DNA of 64,000 nt. Origin: Azolla caroliniana (taxonomy: Eukaryota; Plantae; Polypodiophyta). Position numbers and translations under genes: made by a program. Where the stretch lies: contig JBHGNT010000014.1 in assembly GCA_043228905.1 (NCBI GenBank), positions 4,216,001 to 4,280,000 on the forward strand. Reading direction: 5' to 3'. Positions 35,240-49,300 of the stretch are shown here, piece by piece (position 1 is the first letter of the stretch; each line of letters begins with the position of its first letter). The notes beneath the pieces were generated by a model. The model was given only the letters and a program-made list of their open reading frames with translations. It did no database searches and was not told the origin of the DNA.

Positions 35240-38200
35240 ACATGCTTTTACCCTTAGATGATCTGTTGACTTACTCTAAAACACAGAAGGAGCATGATAT
35301 ACATGTCCAGAAAGTACTTCAATGCTTAAGAAAGTATGGTTTGTATGTCAAATTTGAGAAGTGCGGTTTTGACAATGACCAAGTCGAATTCTTGGGTTAT
35401 ACTATTTCATCCAAGGGTATCTTCATGGATCTAGCAAAAGTCAAAACAATAATTGAATGGCAACCCCCACGTTTTGTTCGAGACGTCCAATGTTTCCTCA
35501 GATTTGCTAACTTCTATTGCAAATTCATATGGAATTATTCAAAGATCGTGTTGCCTCTCACCCAACTCACCAAGAAAAACGAAGCGTTTGTTTGGACTAT
35601 TCAAGGGAAAGTTGATGCTCTCTCTTGACATTCATATCTCGCACCTTGACCTGGAGATCCGGCCTTCGACAATCAAAAGCAAATTTGCTTAGGACCATGA
35701 AAGCTACAAGGAACAATGGTTTATGCCATGCCACTTGATTCAAACCTTGTTGATATTATTTGGCAACAATTTCACCCTGACAATTTCACTAAGGATATCT
35801 TAGCCCACATTAGTCCAAGCCATGCATCTTGCTCCACATTGCAAGGGTCATCTCAACACTATCAAGAATTCAAGTGGCAAGATGCACTCTTGTTTTTAGT
35901 AACACTTTTATTACTAGTGGGAAACCTCAAAGTGAGGTGAACAACCACAAAGAATAAAGAAAAATATACAAGTGCCGATTCGACACTAAAGAGCTTAAAA
36001 TCACTCAAAGTAAAGATTGTAAATTTGTAGTGTGATGTCTCTAAGTTGCAGACAATCAAATAGAGATTGCCTGAGGGATTGCTTAAAAAAGCTAACTTCA
36101 TGCAGTTGGTCTCAATCAAAGACCTTATTATTGCGGGCTTTCCAAATGCTCCATAGTGCCCAAAATCGTGTCCATTGGAGAAAATAGGCATTGTTGGATA
36201 GGGCGCATGGAATTTTTCCAAATAGCCAAAAGTATTTACCAAACCTTTAGCTAGGAAATCTATGATAAAGAGATGCACTTAGTCTTTGTACAAATGTTGT
36301 AGTGAATGAGCAAGTCCATAATATGTGTGGGACCGTTTCCAATCGTCCACCACATCTTGCACAATGTCGTGAGGCTATCGATCTCTTTTGAAGATTCGAC
36401 CCAGACGGGAGCACACCCTGTTGCTTAAGTGGAAGACTAGAGCTCCACAAGCTTGTAAGCCTGTTTTTCCATCAAGACTGCATTTTGTGTAGGTTCCATA
36501 ATGCATTTGCATGTTCGTGAAACCATGGGACAGGTTGCAACATCATATACACTGAATGTGTTGTAATGTTATGCATTGGAATAACAATTTTCCTTTTTTT
36601 GTAACATCCAATCTTGAATCCTGCCATCTCCATTTAGAGGTGGCACAGGTACCAAGGAAAGTACCAACTTTGTGACTTGATTCTAGATAACACGATGATG
36701 TGGCCCAAGACTATAACGAAATGTCATGTCATTGAAGTGCAATAAGTGACCTTGGTCATTTACCACATCTGCAATTGATTTCAACCCCTTCTTTGCTAAA
36801 AAATAAGCTTTCTTAGGCTCTTGTTCAGATAGTGATTGTGGGAATATAGCACTCCAATGTAAGCTTTCGAGGCGTAAAGAGTTCCCTGATTCTGAATTCC
36901 TACCTCTCCATTTTATGTGGTGCAATACTTCCTTCTAGTGCTTTAGAAGCTTTGAGCTAAACGGACAACCTTTGATGTGACTGTCGAGCTTTCCAAACAC
37001 TACATCCCAATGGTTAGTATCCCATGAACCAAACGACTTCGTTTTCAAATGATCAAACATATCAGATAGCATTTTTGTCCAAGGCAATGTTTTTTCAGCA
37101 AAATTTGGCAATAAAGTAGCTTTTCTAGGCAACATATGCAAATTCAAATTAAGAATATTTAGCCCTCCACTCAATCGTGGAGTGCATATCTTCTCTAGTG
37201 ATAGGAGTCCACCTTTATGCGATTGCTTAGAGCACCAAAAACTGTTTATGATTTCCGAGTTAATCTTTTGTATCATGTGTTTCTGCCAATCAATCATAAT
37301 TAAGTAATACTGCATGTAAGCCATAAATATAGATTGCACTATCTGCTATCTGACATGGAGTGGCCATGTTGCAATCTTCCAATAGCCGCTTTTGTCTCAC
37401 TTTTTGCAGAACCCATTCAACCTTTCTTTTCCCTGTTGCATTCCATCCCAATGGATAGCCAAGATGTCTAACCATTTCATTTGGGCTAACAACTTGACCT
37501 GGCCACAAAAGTTGATCCCAAGGTCGCACGAAACCCTAGTGTTGAGCATCACCTTCATTGACTACATCGAATCTAGTTAGAGTTATCTTCACATCTTCAG
37601 ACAACTCAAGCACAACATAAGACCAATGCAGATCACTATCATCTTAAGTCTCCTTTTAAGCTTGGGACTGAGTATGGTTGCTTCAACGTCACATCAAGAC
37701 TACCCGACCATGTGTGAAGCTCGATTATCTGTGCTTAGGTCCTTTTCTCATCACAACGCGGATTAATGATGCAACATTTCGTCTTAATCTTCCAGCACAC
37801 ATGCATATTCACCCAGTCTTTCATAGCTCTCTTTTGGAACATTGTTGCACCTCTTCCATTCCTAATCACGTCGTGCCACCTCCGCCTTCTGTCGAACTTG
37901 TTAAGGGCCCCGAATATGAGGTTGCTGCTATTCTTGATTCTAAGATTGTGCACAATAAGCTCTATTATTTGGTTGATTGGGTAGGCTATCCTCCAAGTGA
38001 TTGCACTTGGGAACCCGTCAATAATGTTTCTAATGCTCAAGTTCTTGTCGACAACTTCCATCGTCGTTATCCAAACAAACCGATCCCTACATTGTTAATG
38101 CTGACTTCCACTCGTCGTTCTCGAAGAGGAGATAGTGTCATGAATACATAAACATCATGGCTTCACCTGGGCTTGAACCCAAAACCTTGTAAGACATAAT

Positions 38201-38579
38201 CAATAACCCAACCCTTAGGATAACCTATGGTCATATAAAATGATAAAAGCTAATTTTTGTAATATATTGATTATTGTAAATACTTTGGAACATTCTAGAA
38301 TATCCTAGAACATCTTAGAATACTCTAGGTGTAGAACATTCTAGAACATTATGGAAATCTTTAGGCTATTCTATAGGAACCTATAAATATAGACATACAA
38401 TTATTCTCAAATCAATTCGAATCAACACTAGACTTTAGCTCTCATTGCATATCTTGTATCCATTCTCTTTCTCTTTCTATCTTAATACACCCATTCTTCT
38501 CTTATCATTTCGTCCTTTTCTTCTCGTATTCTCTTTTATCCTTCTTTCATCGCTTTATCTTTTATTATTGGTTCTGACA
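35240..38579 (+). mobile_element. Diverged Tcn1-like chromovirus (second subfamily), deleted, interrupted by a LINE; 3' LTR 38136-38579
   Basis: RT fragment (LDDLL..VEFLGY..DVQCFL), post-RNase H linker, GPF and chromodomain (37678-38151), PPT GAAGAGGAGATAG, LTR TGTCA...TGACA. Confidence 0.85.
35895..37640 (-). mobile_element. 5'-truncated L1-type LINE (ORF2 3' part)
   Basis: VRHLGYPLG, LEKICTPRLSGGLNI, zf-RVT-like CARCGGRLETVPHILWTC; AATAAA and short A-run at the 3' end near 35893-35910. Confidence 0.8.
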
Positions 38580-40801
38580 CGATGAAGCATCTGAGGTGTG
38601 TGAACCGGACCTGCATCATCCCTTGGTCAACAATCTATCTGACCGACACCAAGTTCTTGGTGATTGTCAGAACATGCAGGACCTTCATTAGTCTCCCCTT
38701 CTGTCCGACATGGCTCAGGGGGACATCATCGACATGCTCGATGGGATGTGAGGTGTCGTCACTGGTTTCGACAACCCCCGGTTGTTCTGGTTTCTCCAAA
38801 TATGAGAACTACTCTTCGTGGCTCGTCATGTGGTTTGACGCTCTAGAATCAACATACCACACCTCGTTTGGTTTTGAGGTGCTTGTCTTCATCGAGTTAC
38901 CCTTGTGCTTCATCACAAAGGTCAGGTCCTTTCCGGCTCCTTCCGAGACTTTGGCGTAGTGTGATCGTTCTTGATTTCCTTCTTCGGCTCTACTCGATCC
39001 GGATTTATCTAAATCAACCTTCTTTTTCCAGCACTCACTTTCTCTGTGGGCTTTCCGGTCACAATACAAACATTCCATTTCAACCTTCCCTTGCTAGTTT
39101 CCGGTGCTGCCATGACTCCCCCTACTTGTGGAGGGTCTGAAACTGTTGTCGGCATGTTGATTATGCCTCTGATTCTGCTCTTGTCAGCCGCCACCATTGC
39201 GTGCCGATCTGCCTTCGTGTACAACATCCAGTTGTCTGAATGTGTGCTCATTGACACACCTGTGTGGTTCTCTTCGACCATAAGCATCGATTGCAGGTCA
39301 AAAAATGATGGTGGCTTCTCCCTTGTGTAGATAGCCATCCGGGTCGACCCGTACCTCTGAGCTAGACCACCGAGGCAAATCTATACCATTTTTTCCTTGT
39401 CCAAAGTCATATTGATGGACCCCAAGGCGTCGCAGATTTCCTTGATTTTGGTGGTGTAGTCAATCACCGTCATATCCCTCTATCAGATATTGTTGAGCTC
39501 TTTTCAAAGCTGCAACTTACGGGCCATTGTACTTGCGACGAAAATCTTCTTCAGATTTTCCCAGGCCTCCTTCAGCGTCTTTGCATCTCAAATGTAGTCA
39601 AGCATCTGGTTGTGCACACAAGACATAAGGTATTACAAGAATCTACTTGACACCTGCTCCCACGCCATAAAATCCTTGAGTGCCGGTTCTAGTGCTACTT
39701 CTTTTTCTCCCTGGATGTGTTGTCCGTCGATGTTGTCTGCCGGACCTAACACTTAGACGAGTAGAATATATTATTAGAAGCGTTAAAGAAACGCATGTAA
39801 CGGTTCACGCTAGGAGCGTAACGGACTAAAAGCCCTGTGTATATAAAGGGCGGAAATCTTCTGTAAAGGGCTAGCAGGTATTTTAGGGAGCTACCTTTTG
39901 TAATACAATACTATCTTCTCTGATTCTCGTGTATGTGTCAGTCTTCTACTGCTTCGTTGTAGTATTCGGTTGGTAATTGTGGGCTAGTAAGTGTAGGGTA
40001 AGTGTGTATATGAGATCACGCACTGGTGAGCTTCGGTTGTAGCTATCTCCCTTCACATCCAAACAATAAGCTCTGCTTTGTAAGCCTGTTACGCTTCGCG
40101 CACCTACATATCTATTCCTTGCACCGGAATCACCTTGAAGTCTACCTCGAAGGACTGAGAGTAGACAGTGTTCCTAATCAGTAACAGGATGTAACTCCAG
40201 TAACCATGCCAGAGTAGGTACTGGTGCATCTTGTACTCCCAAGACGCGTAGTTGCTTCTGTCCAACTTCTCGGTCGGAAGAGCACCACCCATTCCTTTGT
40301 CCATTTTCTTCTTGTTTGTTCTTTTTTGGAGATTAGGGTTTTTTTGTATTGAACGCTTGTCGGCAGCAGTGGATTCTCAACCATCGCGCTCTGATACCAT
40401 GTAAAGTTTCAAGTGTGGAAGCTAAATAGAACAGAATCGGCTCAGCCGGAAAGCAACAGAGAGAAAAACTGAGAAAACAACGGAGATGAATAGTACGTGG
40501 GAGAGACAGAGAGAGCAGAAGACTGAAAAAATCTAATTCGAAATAATATTTCTTTGTACATACAAATGTGCTTAGAGAGCACTTTTATACAAGTTCACAA
40601 AGGACAGTCAGAAGTATTGACGAGTAATTCAATGCTCATAACTGAGCTACTGACACTAACTCCTAAAAACATAATTGTCTACTAGGCTAGGAGCGTAGTC
40701 CTCTAACGGCCTATTGGCTCCCTGTGGATCTGGCTCACCGATCTGGGCCTAGCCGATTGGTCTTCATCCGATCCGGCCCATGTTGAGCTTGCTTCTCAAC
40801 A
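38580..40801 (-). mobile_element. Copia family A 5' half: LTR 40400-40801, iMet PBS 40388-40399, gag-protease remnant
   Basis: TGTTGAGAAGCAAGCTCAAC...TTTACA-TGGTATCAGAGCG; EKLDRSNYASWEYKM, CLYCDRKAHRESEC, WYVDSRASNHM. Confidence 0.9.
39718..40186 (+). mobile_element. Solo LTR with 5-bp TSD GGATG
   Basis: TGTTG...TAACA; GGATG at 39713-39717 and 40187-40191; removal restores gag YWSYIQGEK; TATA at about 39840. Confidence 0.92.
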
Positions 40802-41245
40802 GTATTCAATTTTGGTAAACTTCATCACAAACTTTCATTGATAATTAGGTTAGGACATTATATTAGTAGTAGTCAATTGGTTTATGAAGATAATTTACTT
40901 CATTCCGTGTTCTAAAGCCATCTTAGGGATAAAAACAACACATTTTCTATTGACAAATGTGGTAAAACTACATGGTCTTCTAGATGATATTTATTGGACT
41001 AAGGGGCACAATTCATTTCATGCTCTAAAAAGAATCTTTTTCAAATTCTCGAACTTCAACCACACTATTATCTGCATTTCATCACCATGGTGATGGAAAC
41101 ACAAAATTGATAAATTAGGTTCTAGAACAATACAATACCTTTGTTATATGGTGATTTCTCAATAGAATGACTGGTTCAAATTCGTACCACTTGCTGAATT
41201 TTCCTTTAACACTGTACTCTCTTAAATAAACAAAGACCCTTCTAT
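40802..41245 (+). pseudogene. Ancient chromovirus-type integrase remnant
   Basis: YFIPCSKAI..NVVKLHGLLDDI and LEQY..NDW...PLAEFSFN-like fragments. Confidence 0.6.
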
Positions 41246-41246
41246 G

Positions 41247-42150
41247 CTAATTATGGTTTACATCCATGATTTGGTGTGGTATTCCCCCTAGCTCAACAAA
41301 TCCCTTAGTGGAAGAACACGCGTATATCTTGAAATGTTGCTTGAGCTTACCCATGCCCAAGGAAAGCACAACTCCTGTTTCAAGTTTGGCTTTTATGTCA
41401 TCACATTGCAATGACATATCTTTATGCCTTGAAGTTTGAATACAAACATTTGGGCCCTTTCGGCATCGTGGACAAAATTGATCAAGTACCTTTCTGAATA
41501 GCCCTTCTAGAACATTTATGAATCCATGATTTCTTCCAAATGTTGCTTTTGGAGCCATACTATGCATCCACACTTCATCATCAAGAACATATTCGACCAT
41601 TCCATATGGATTTCTGAATTTGAGATGATCACAAGGTTTAAGCAATCCTAGATTCAAAGAAGATGTACCGTTAACTCTGGTGCTTAGATGTGGAATTGGT
41701 GGCCTTCACATAGGCTAATATATCCTTAATGAGGTCATATTGAGATGTGTCCGCCCTTTTGCAACTAACTTAACTTGTGTGGTAGGGTTAAGGCATTGAC
41801 ACATCAACTTGTTTATGACATTGGCCTCTATCAATGATGACATCTAGAATGTCATAGCGATTCATATGTAGTCTGATGACCACATAATGCTCACCTTTAT
41901 GATGGTGATCATCCATCATTGGTGGCATTCTCCACCACAAAAGGTGGCATGCCCCATGTTGTCCAAAACCATTAGTTATTATTGAGAATGACGTTCTTAC
42001 ACTATCATCCGCTTCAATTGGTGATATCATGTATTACCATTATCACTTGTGTGTTTAGGTGGTGATAGTCTTCCTATTGCTACCTTCGTGACACTTCATT
42101 GTTGTTATCGCCACTGTCATGTGATTGAATGTGTGACCCTATTGGCAATC
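41247..42150 (-). pseudogene. Highly degenerate gypsy gag/protease remnant
   Basis: DHHHKGEHYVVIRLHMNRYDILDVIIDRG resembles a retropepsin-like region; otherwise decayed. Confidence 0.4.
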
Positions 42151-42904
42151 AACATTTGACATCGTGACCATATATGTCATCTCTGTTCAAAGTAGTGAGT
42201 TAGTTAGTTATATTTATGTGTGGTACGTGCGCCATCCTTGCAACGTGAGGATGGCCATTACATTCACAACTTGTTTTGTACGTCTCAAGAGGGGCAACAA
42301 AACGGTGGAAAAAGCATGTACAAAAAAAACCACGATCTTGTCAACAAGTCATTCCTTAATGCTTTCACACATTTGATCATGGGGAACATGACATGATACA
42401 CAGACACGAGGTTCACACCTCTCTAGCGCTTTTGAATCTTTGTTTCGAAAGGACTTCTCACCCAAGTTGGAGCAAGAATCATAACTGGGCAACACGTGGG
42501 TCCATATCCCATGGATGGCCACTCCTTTTAAAGCTCAAAGGTAAAGCGGGGGTTTTTTTTTTCCATTCATAGTTCAGATCATGGCATACAAACAAACGAA
42601 GATCTGAGCCGAGAATCCACAAGACAGGCGTTGGGGACAAGAATGATACGCTCATGACATGACAATCTGCATGCTCTAACACATGTACGAGAATGAGAAC
42701 GAGAACGAGAACGAGAACGGGCGGGGGCACACATTCATATGACATGGTGGTGTGATTTCTTTCTGTATTTCCCAGAGTCTTGTGCTTGTGCATGGTGTGG
42801 CACACTTAACTACCATGCATGCACAAGTTCATTTGATTTAATATATTATCATCAAACGAATATCCTTATTTGTTTTTATTCATTTATCATCAATCCTTTG
42901 GCTC

Positions 42905-42939
42905 CTTCTTCTTCTTCTTCTTCTTCTTCTTCTTCTTCT
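42905..42939. repeat. (TCT)n microsatellite upstream of the host gene
   Basis: About 11 units, directly visible. Confidence 0.9.
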
Positions 42940-43093
42940 TTGAACCCAACAAATAAAGAGAGAAGAAAATCCAATGAATTAATTAATTGTATTTAGTATC
43001 ACTTGCATCTTCTGCATCTTCTTCTGCATCTTCAGGATCCTGATTCCCCTCCCCCCCCCTCCCCAAACATAACCAAACTAAATAATTAAATCC

Positions 43094-43363
43094 ATGTGGG
43101 TTTGCCATCACTATACAGATTATATGTTGATGATGATCTCTTCACTGCCCACACAAAATGCTTGTGTTTCATCGTGTTGGGCGATCAGAACTCACCCTAA
43201 ATTTAGAGTTTCTTTCATTTCTTCTCTGCAGACGAAGAAGACATATGTGAAAAGATTCGATCTCCTATCTCTGAGAGCCACGGCGAACGGAATCAGTGTA
43301 GATGATCTCCATCCGAAAGTGGATATTGTTAATGGATCTGAGAGCACTAGCTATACTTCTCCG
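43094..43363 (+). CDS. SRRP1: SRRP1-like exon 1 (putative transit peptide)
   Basis: Ser/Arg-rich, ...LSLRATA..., donor CCG|GTGAG; several alternative ATGs at 43094-43135. Confidence 0.65.
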
Positions 43364-46300
43364 GTGAGCATTTTCTGTCTTTCCATACATATAATAAATA
43401 TTGTCTACTTTCTTATTTTGGGTTTTCGGATTTTTTTCCCCCTCTTTGTGACTATCTCCTTTAGACCTCTTCTCTTAGCATTTTCTGTCTTCCTCTACAT
43501 ATAAACCAAGTTTTTATGCACGAAAAATAAATAGAAGCGACTAAAGAATCCTGTTATTTATACATATAAGATGCTTAAGCCAGTTAGATTGTAATTCTCT
43601 CGGTCTCTCTCCAGCATGGGATGATCCAAAATGGAGAAACTGCTGAAGTGAAGGAAACACCTGTGATGGTGGGAGATAATGGTCTTTTTATGTGAATGAA
43701 AAAGATGGTGAGGTTCTCTTCCACAACGCGGGGGTCTATGTGCATGACAAAATTGCTATTGCCTGATTCATTTTAACCCCTTTGCAGTGTCTTGGTTGAG
43801 ATCCCACTTGTGTAGCCTGCGATTGACTCGTAGCATGAGTAACAGCAATGAGGCTAAATAAATATGTGAAAATTGACCTCTTTAAATAAGTGCAATGTCT
43901 TTTGGATGCTATAATCCTCGTATTGTTTTCTAGGTAAAAAGATACATTATATGTCAGGTTTTAATGAGCCATGTTGAGTATGCTTCTAGTCTTAAGGAAG
44001 ATAAACTAGATTTTCAAACCATATTGAGGTTTCCCATTATTGATCTAATAATAAGATAATAAGTGCAAAAGTGGGCGTGTGGTAGGAATCAGAGAAAATG
44101 ACATTGATGCTCTTGTATCAAAAGATCTATATCTCAAAAGGCAGATATGAAACAAGTTTCTATATTTGTTTATTGTTGTGAATATGGAAAGTTTCACACC
44201 TAAGATGGTGCCCACAAAATATTCCGGTGAGACATTTGAGGAATCGAGTACACTGGATAATGAAAAGGTGCATGTTTGGACTCTAGAATAGAGGGGGTCA
44301 GTTTTGACAAATTTGGTGGATTTTGGGAAGGTAACAAATAAAAAATTACATCATTCTGGAATTACTGAACAACTATTTCGTTTCAGAAAGATTGAATGAT
44401 GGTATAGGAACTACTGGTTGAAGGATGAGTGGAGATCTAGATCTGCTTGAACAATTTTTTTTTTTAAACTCAAATGGTAAAATTGAGGGAGTAGATCTGG
44501 AGGATGTAATTGGCATGGTGCCTCCCAGTGATATAGTTTTGCTTCAGCCATTGTATATAGCCCTCTATTATACTTTCCTCAGAATTAAAACCACTCAGTA
44601 ATTCTGAGGGAGAGATAATATATCTAGAAGAAGAAAGAAAGACGTGGATGGTTCAGATTGATGAATCCCGGATCCTATTGTCAAATCAAGAGATAAGATT
44701 CTAGCATATAAAAGATGTTGTATATTTTACATAGTCACAGTGAAGACAGGCTAGAAGTTTTTGTCCAAGGTTACTTTCAGCAAAATCAGGGCAAAGTAAA
44801 TAGTATAAGGTGAATGGGAGGGCTGGAAAGGAAATTCGAATGAGCTTGCAACACTTGCAGCAGAATTGTATGGGCTGGAGCAATCCATGGTGGTTTGGGT
44901 ATTCAGATTTAGCTCTCAAAAGATCATTTTTCTGAACAAATTGGATAACAATTCAGACATTGGATTGTCTGGTTTAAAGTTGGAGTTAGATGAGCAGAAC
45001 TAGGGCCAAGAAACTGAATGATGCATTCTTAATCGGTAGAGTATAGAGATGTGGTATCAATAATTCAATAGTTCAGTCACTTAAAATTCTCAATGCTTGA
45101 GTTGATGTATAAGAAAGGCTTGGGAGAATGGCTCAGTGAAGTCTTTCTGGCATTAATTTGATGCGTGGGAGGAAATGTTTGGCTTTTACAAAAAAGGAAC
45201 ATCATAAATCGTTTTCTGCAAGGGTTTAGATTTAGTGTCAATAGTCAGCTACAAATGATCCATGCCAATCATCTTTAGAAAGATGGAAGGCCAAAGTGTT
45301 TTGGAGGATCATCCTACTTCATTTTGACAGACGATGACTCTAATAGATGATGTGGGTATAATTCCTGAGAAAATGAATGTCAAAGACCAATCGAGTAGGA
45401 GAATTCCTCTAGGATCAGTTTGAGAAGTGTCATGCCAAGGAAGCACTTAAGGCAATACTGTTTATCTTACAAGAAATGATTATCACAAGAGGGTGCTTAT
45501 GTGGCCGAAATGTTCCAATGGTTCTAATGCATGCGATCCTCATCAAAGTTTTCATATCCATCATTTTTTCCTGGTGTCTTCGGATCATCCATCAATTTGT
45601 TTGTATGTCTGGGTTCCAATTTTTTTCAGGATCAGATTAAACTTTGTTGCTTGTCAGTTAAAAACGACATGGCAGCACTAATCCTCTCTCATTGCTACCA
45701 CATCTGGTCTTGTAGACTGGATCTCTTTTTTTTGTACACATAATATACGATTTTGTACATACCATTGCTTCATTAAAAAAACCATCAACAAGTAGCCACA
45801 ATTTGATCTTCATTCTTGGGGAAATTTTAATTTTTTCTCATGTTGGCTTGTGTATTGTGGGAAAGCTATTTTTTCTTGTAAAGAAATATAAGCAGTTCAT
45901 ACTTGGAAGTTCAAAAACTCTAATTCTATTATTGTTGTCTTGGGAAATAAAAGTGTTATTTTCTCTTGACATTGAGATTTAGAAATACCCTGCAAAAGAA
46001 AATGTGATTCTATATCTTTAATTCAGGGTATTTCATAAAATTCATATGGATGAGGATTGAAACTGAATTTTCTTGATTTCAAATATTGTCTGCAAGGTCT
46101 GCAAGAATGAATAAAAAAACAGAGAGAGTGGTCATGTGTGGTGCATCTTTGTTACATGCTTAATTTGATTCATTCATGCTTATTTAAGTAGATTCAAAAG
46201 TGTGCTCGGCATTCAACACTCACATGAGAGTCTTTTGAAGGATTAGAGAGATGAGGACTGGGAAAAAGTCCTTAGATTGCAAGAATCTGGTGCCTTGGAA

Positions 46301-49300
46301 AATGTAAAAGTTGAAGGATGCAACAATGGAGGTCTGATAGTGCGGTTTGGATCAATTGCTGGATTTCTGCCCTTCTCTCAAATAGGAAGCAATCGGTCTC
46401 CAGAAGGTTGGTTTCCTGTATGTGCTTGTTTAGAGTGAGAGTTAGAATGAAAAACCATCTTATCTATGAGTAAAAACTTTTGCAAATATCAAATTTGGTA
46501 GACAAATTTTACCGCCCTAGAACAATGCTGTGTATACCCCAGTCTGATTCATGTTGGCCACATATACAGCATCATACCAGACCACAATGATATTACCATA
46601 GTCATCAAGGAGCAGGATCAGGGAATGGGAACAGAAACAGGCACAGGCACAGGCATGCCACACCACAAAGCAAAAAGTAGGGGAGTGGTATTATAAAATA
46701 GAATCTATGGAGTTTAGATGAGATGTATTATAAAATAGAATTTATGGGGTTTAGATCAGACCGCCTATCTTTTCTCAAAAGGCATGGAATGTAGTAGACA
46801 ATGTACATAAAACATAGTTTGTGTTGGCATTTAAAAGGGATCTGAAATGTCAAAACTCTCATTAAAGATCATAGAAGCTCTGAAATTGAAGTAGCAAGCA
46901 TAGACAAAAAGGGATAAGATAAAATCCTGTATAGCAAGCTTATACATAACAATATAAATATAAGCTAAGAGACTGTAACATTGACATGGGACTGATAATG
47001 AAGCTCCTTAATCATGAAGCATAGAAGATGTTGTAGCCTTAATGATTGTTGATGCTATAGTAGAATATGTTACGTTCGTCCAAAATGGGGGTGTGACCAC
47101 GAAACAATGACTGCTCTCATAATACCCCTTCAGTTGTTTCAATTGCTGTCTAAGAATGCATCCATGCTTGCATTTGCATATTTAGTGAGAAACTCAAAAT
47201 GTACACTCAAAAAAGACCAAATTTGATGTTTTTATCAATGGTAAGGAGATTTTGTTTTTAGTGAATGTCTGTGCACACAAACTCCATTATCTTGTTCCCA
47301 ACAAGAGGTAACTGATTGACTAATAAGAATCTTCATCGGTTGTTGTTCTACTCCATGCCCAGGAATTAATTGTCAGTACTTGCACTCTGGTATGATGCTA
47401 TGCATCCTACAATTAATTGGTCTAGTGTCATGGAAGTGTAAATTCTTTGGTCTATCGGCCACACATGTAATATAACGGAGTACAATGTTATTACATCAGG
47501 TTATTATAATATTGTTTAATCGTTTTGTACTACAGATAGCACTAAAAACATTGGTACCATTGCATATGCTATTTTCACAATTGCTGAATATTCTTTAGAA
47601 ACTAATGATATATGCATGCTTTTCTAGGTCATAAATCTACACACACACTGACACTCCCTCTCCTTTCTCTCTCTGGTTGTTGGCTTGGTGGTTTACACTG
47701 TCACATCTATTGTAAAGGGCAAAAGGATAAAATAAATAATGGTAAAGTTTTGTGGTGTTGATCATACTTCGAATATTTTTCTGCAGATGGAAAGACCATT
47801 GCTGATGTGGGCAAGAGATTGATAGGGCAAACACTTCTAGTCAAAGTAAGTTCTTAGCTTTTATAGTTTACTTTTAAAATTTTGTTGAGAAAATATGAAG
47901 GCCTAACATTGTGTGACAGGTAATAGAAGCGAGCAAAGATGAGAAAAGATTAGTGGTTTCAGAGAAGAAAGCAATATGGCTCCAAAGTGTAAAACAGTTG
48001 AAAGAAGGGGATGTCTTCGAAGGAAAAGTGAACTATGTCACAGACTTTGGTGCTTTTGTAGACCTCCGTTTCCCAGATGGTTCGTATATATATAAGTATA
48101 TGAATTCTACTACATCTTTCATTAAGTTTCTAAGTGGAAAAAATAACTATCTATTTTAGTACTAGAACAACTGCTCATGACATTGTCTAGCACTAGAACA
48201 ACCATATATATATATGTATATGAATTCTATTACATCTTTCATCAAGTTTTTAAGTTTATAGTACTAGAACAACCGCTCGTGACATTGTCAAAAGCATACT
48301 GAATTTCTTTATTTAATTTTTTGGTATAGAAATTTCTTGAAAGATGTTTAACTTTTTTGGTTTAATTTTTTCTCCTTTGTTTTGCCCAACAATCAATCAA
48401 ATACCTGTTTTTTTTCTTGATAGCTATCCATGATAACTTCTTTCAACTCACATTCTAACAAACTGTCTTGTGCATATACATATATATTTCTCTTGGATTC
48501 TCTTGTTAGGTTCATATCCAGTTACAGGTCTCGTCCATGTGTCTGAATTGTCTTGGGATCGGATCTATGATCCACGAGATGTCGTTCAAGAAGGTCAAAG
48601 TGTGCAAGTTAAAGTAACAGGCATAGATTTGTAAGTTCCCTTATTCAAATCATGTATTTTTGTCTAGACCGTTTATGTGTTTCATTTTTTATATGTTCCC
48701 AGCCCTGCTTGGAGTGTTGATTGAGATGGAATTCAATGAATCAAGTCTTTGTTAGAGTTCAGGCAGTCATGTCTCAATCTTGTTTTTAACTTGACTCTGA
48801 ATTTGTACTGCAGGGATAGGATGAGATTAGCATTGTCGATCAAACAATTACAAACCGATCCGCTCTTAGAAACACTAGACACGCTCATGCCACAAGTAAA
48901 AATAAATAAATAATTTCATTTGTGTTTTGTGCCTATATATATATACAACAATATAAATCCAATGCAAAACTTGTTTTTCCATATTTTACTTTTCTGTTGT
49001 TATTTTGTGTTTTAAGCAAAACGATCATACCAGGAAGATCTGATTGATGGCGTGGTCAATAGTGAGGATGATAACAGCTTAAATGAGTCATTGCCAGGCT
49101 TAGATGAGATTTGCCAAGAACTACTCCAAGAAGATGGGTGCGTAAACAAATTTGTTGCTTTTAATCTTTTTGTTGGAAATTGATTTGTGTAGAACCAGTG
49201 GGATGCCTCTCAACTAGGATTTTGGTAATATTAATATAGACAAAAATGACATGTGAAAATGCAACAGGTATTTGAAAATGGAAAGATGATCAACATAACT

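Noticed and set aside
43364-43504. Hydrophobic C-terminus of ORF 43094-43504 as a membrane protein
   Set aside because: Read-through into the T-rich intron after the GTGAG donor at 43364.
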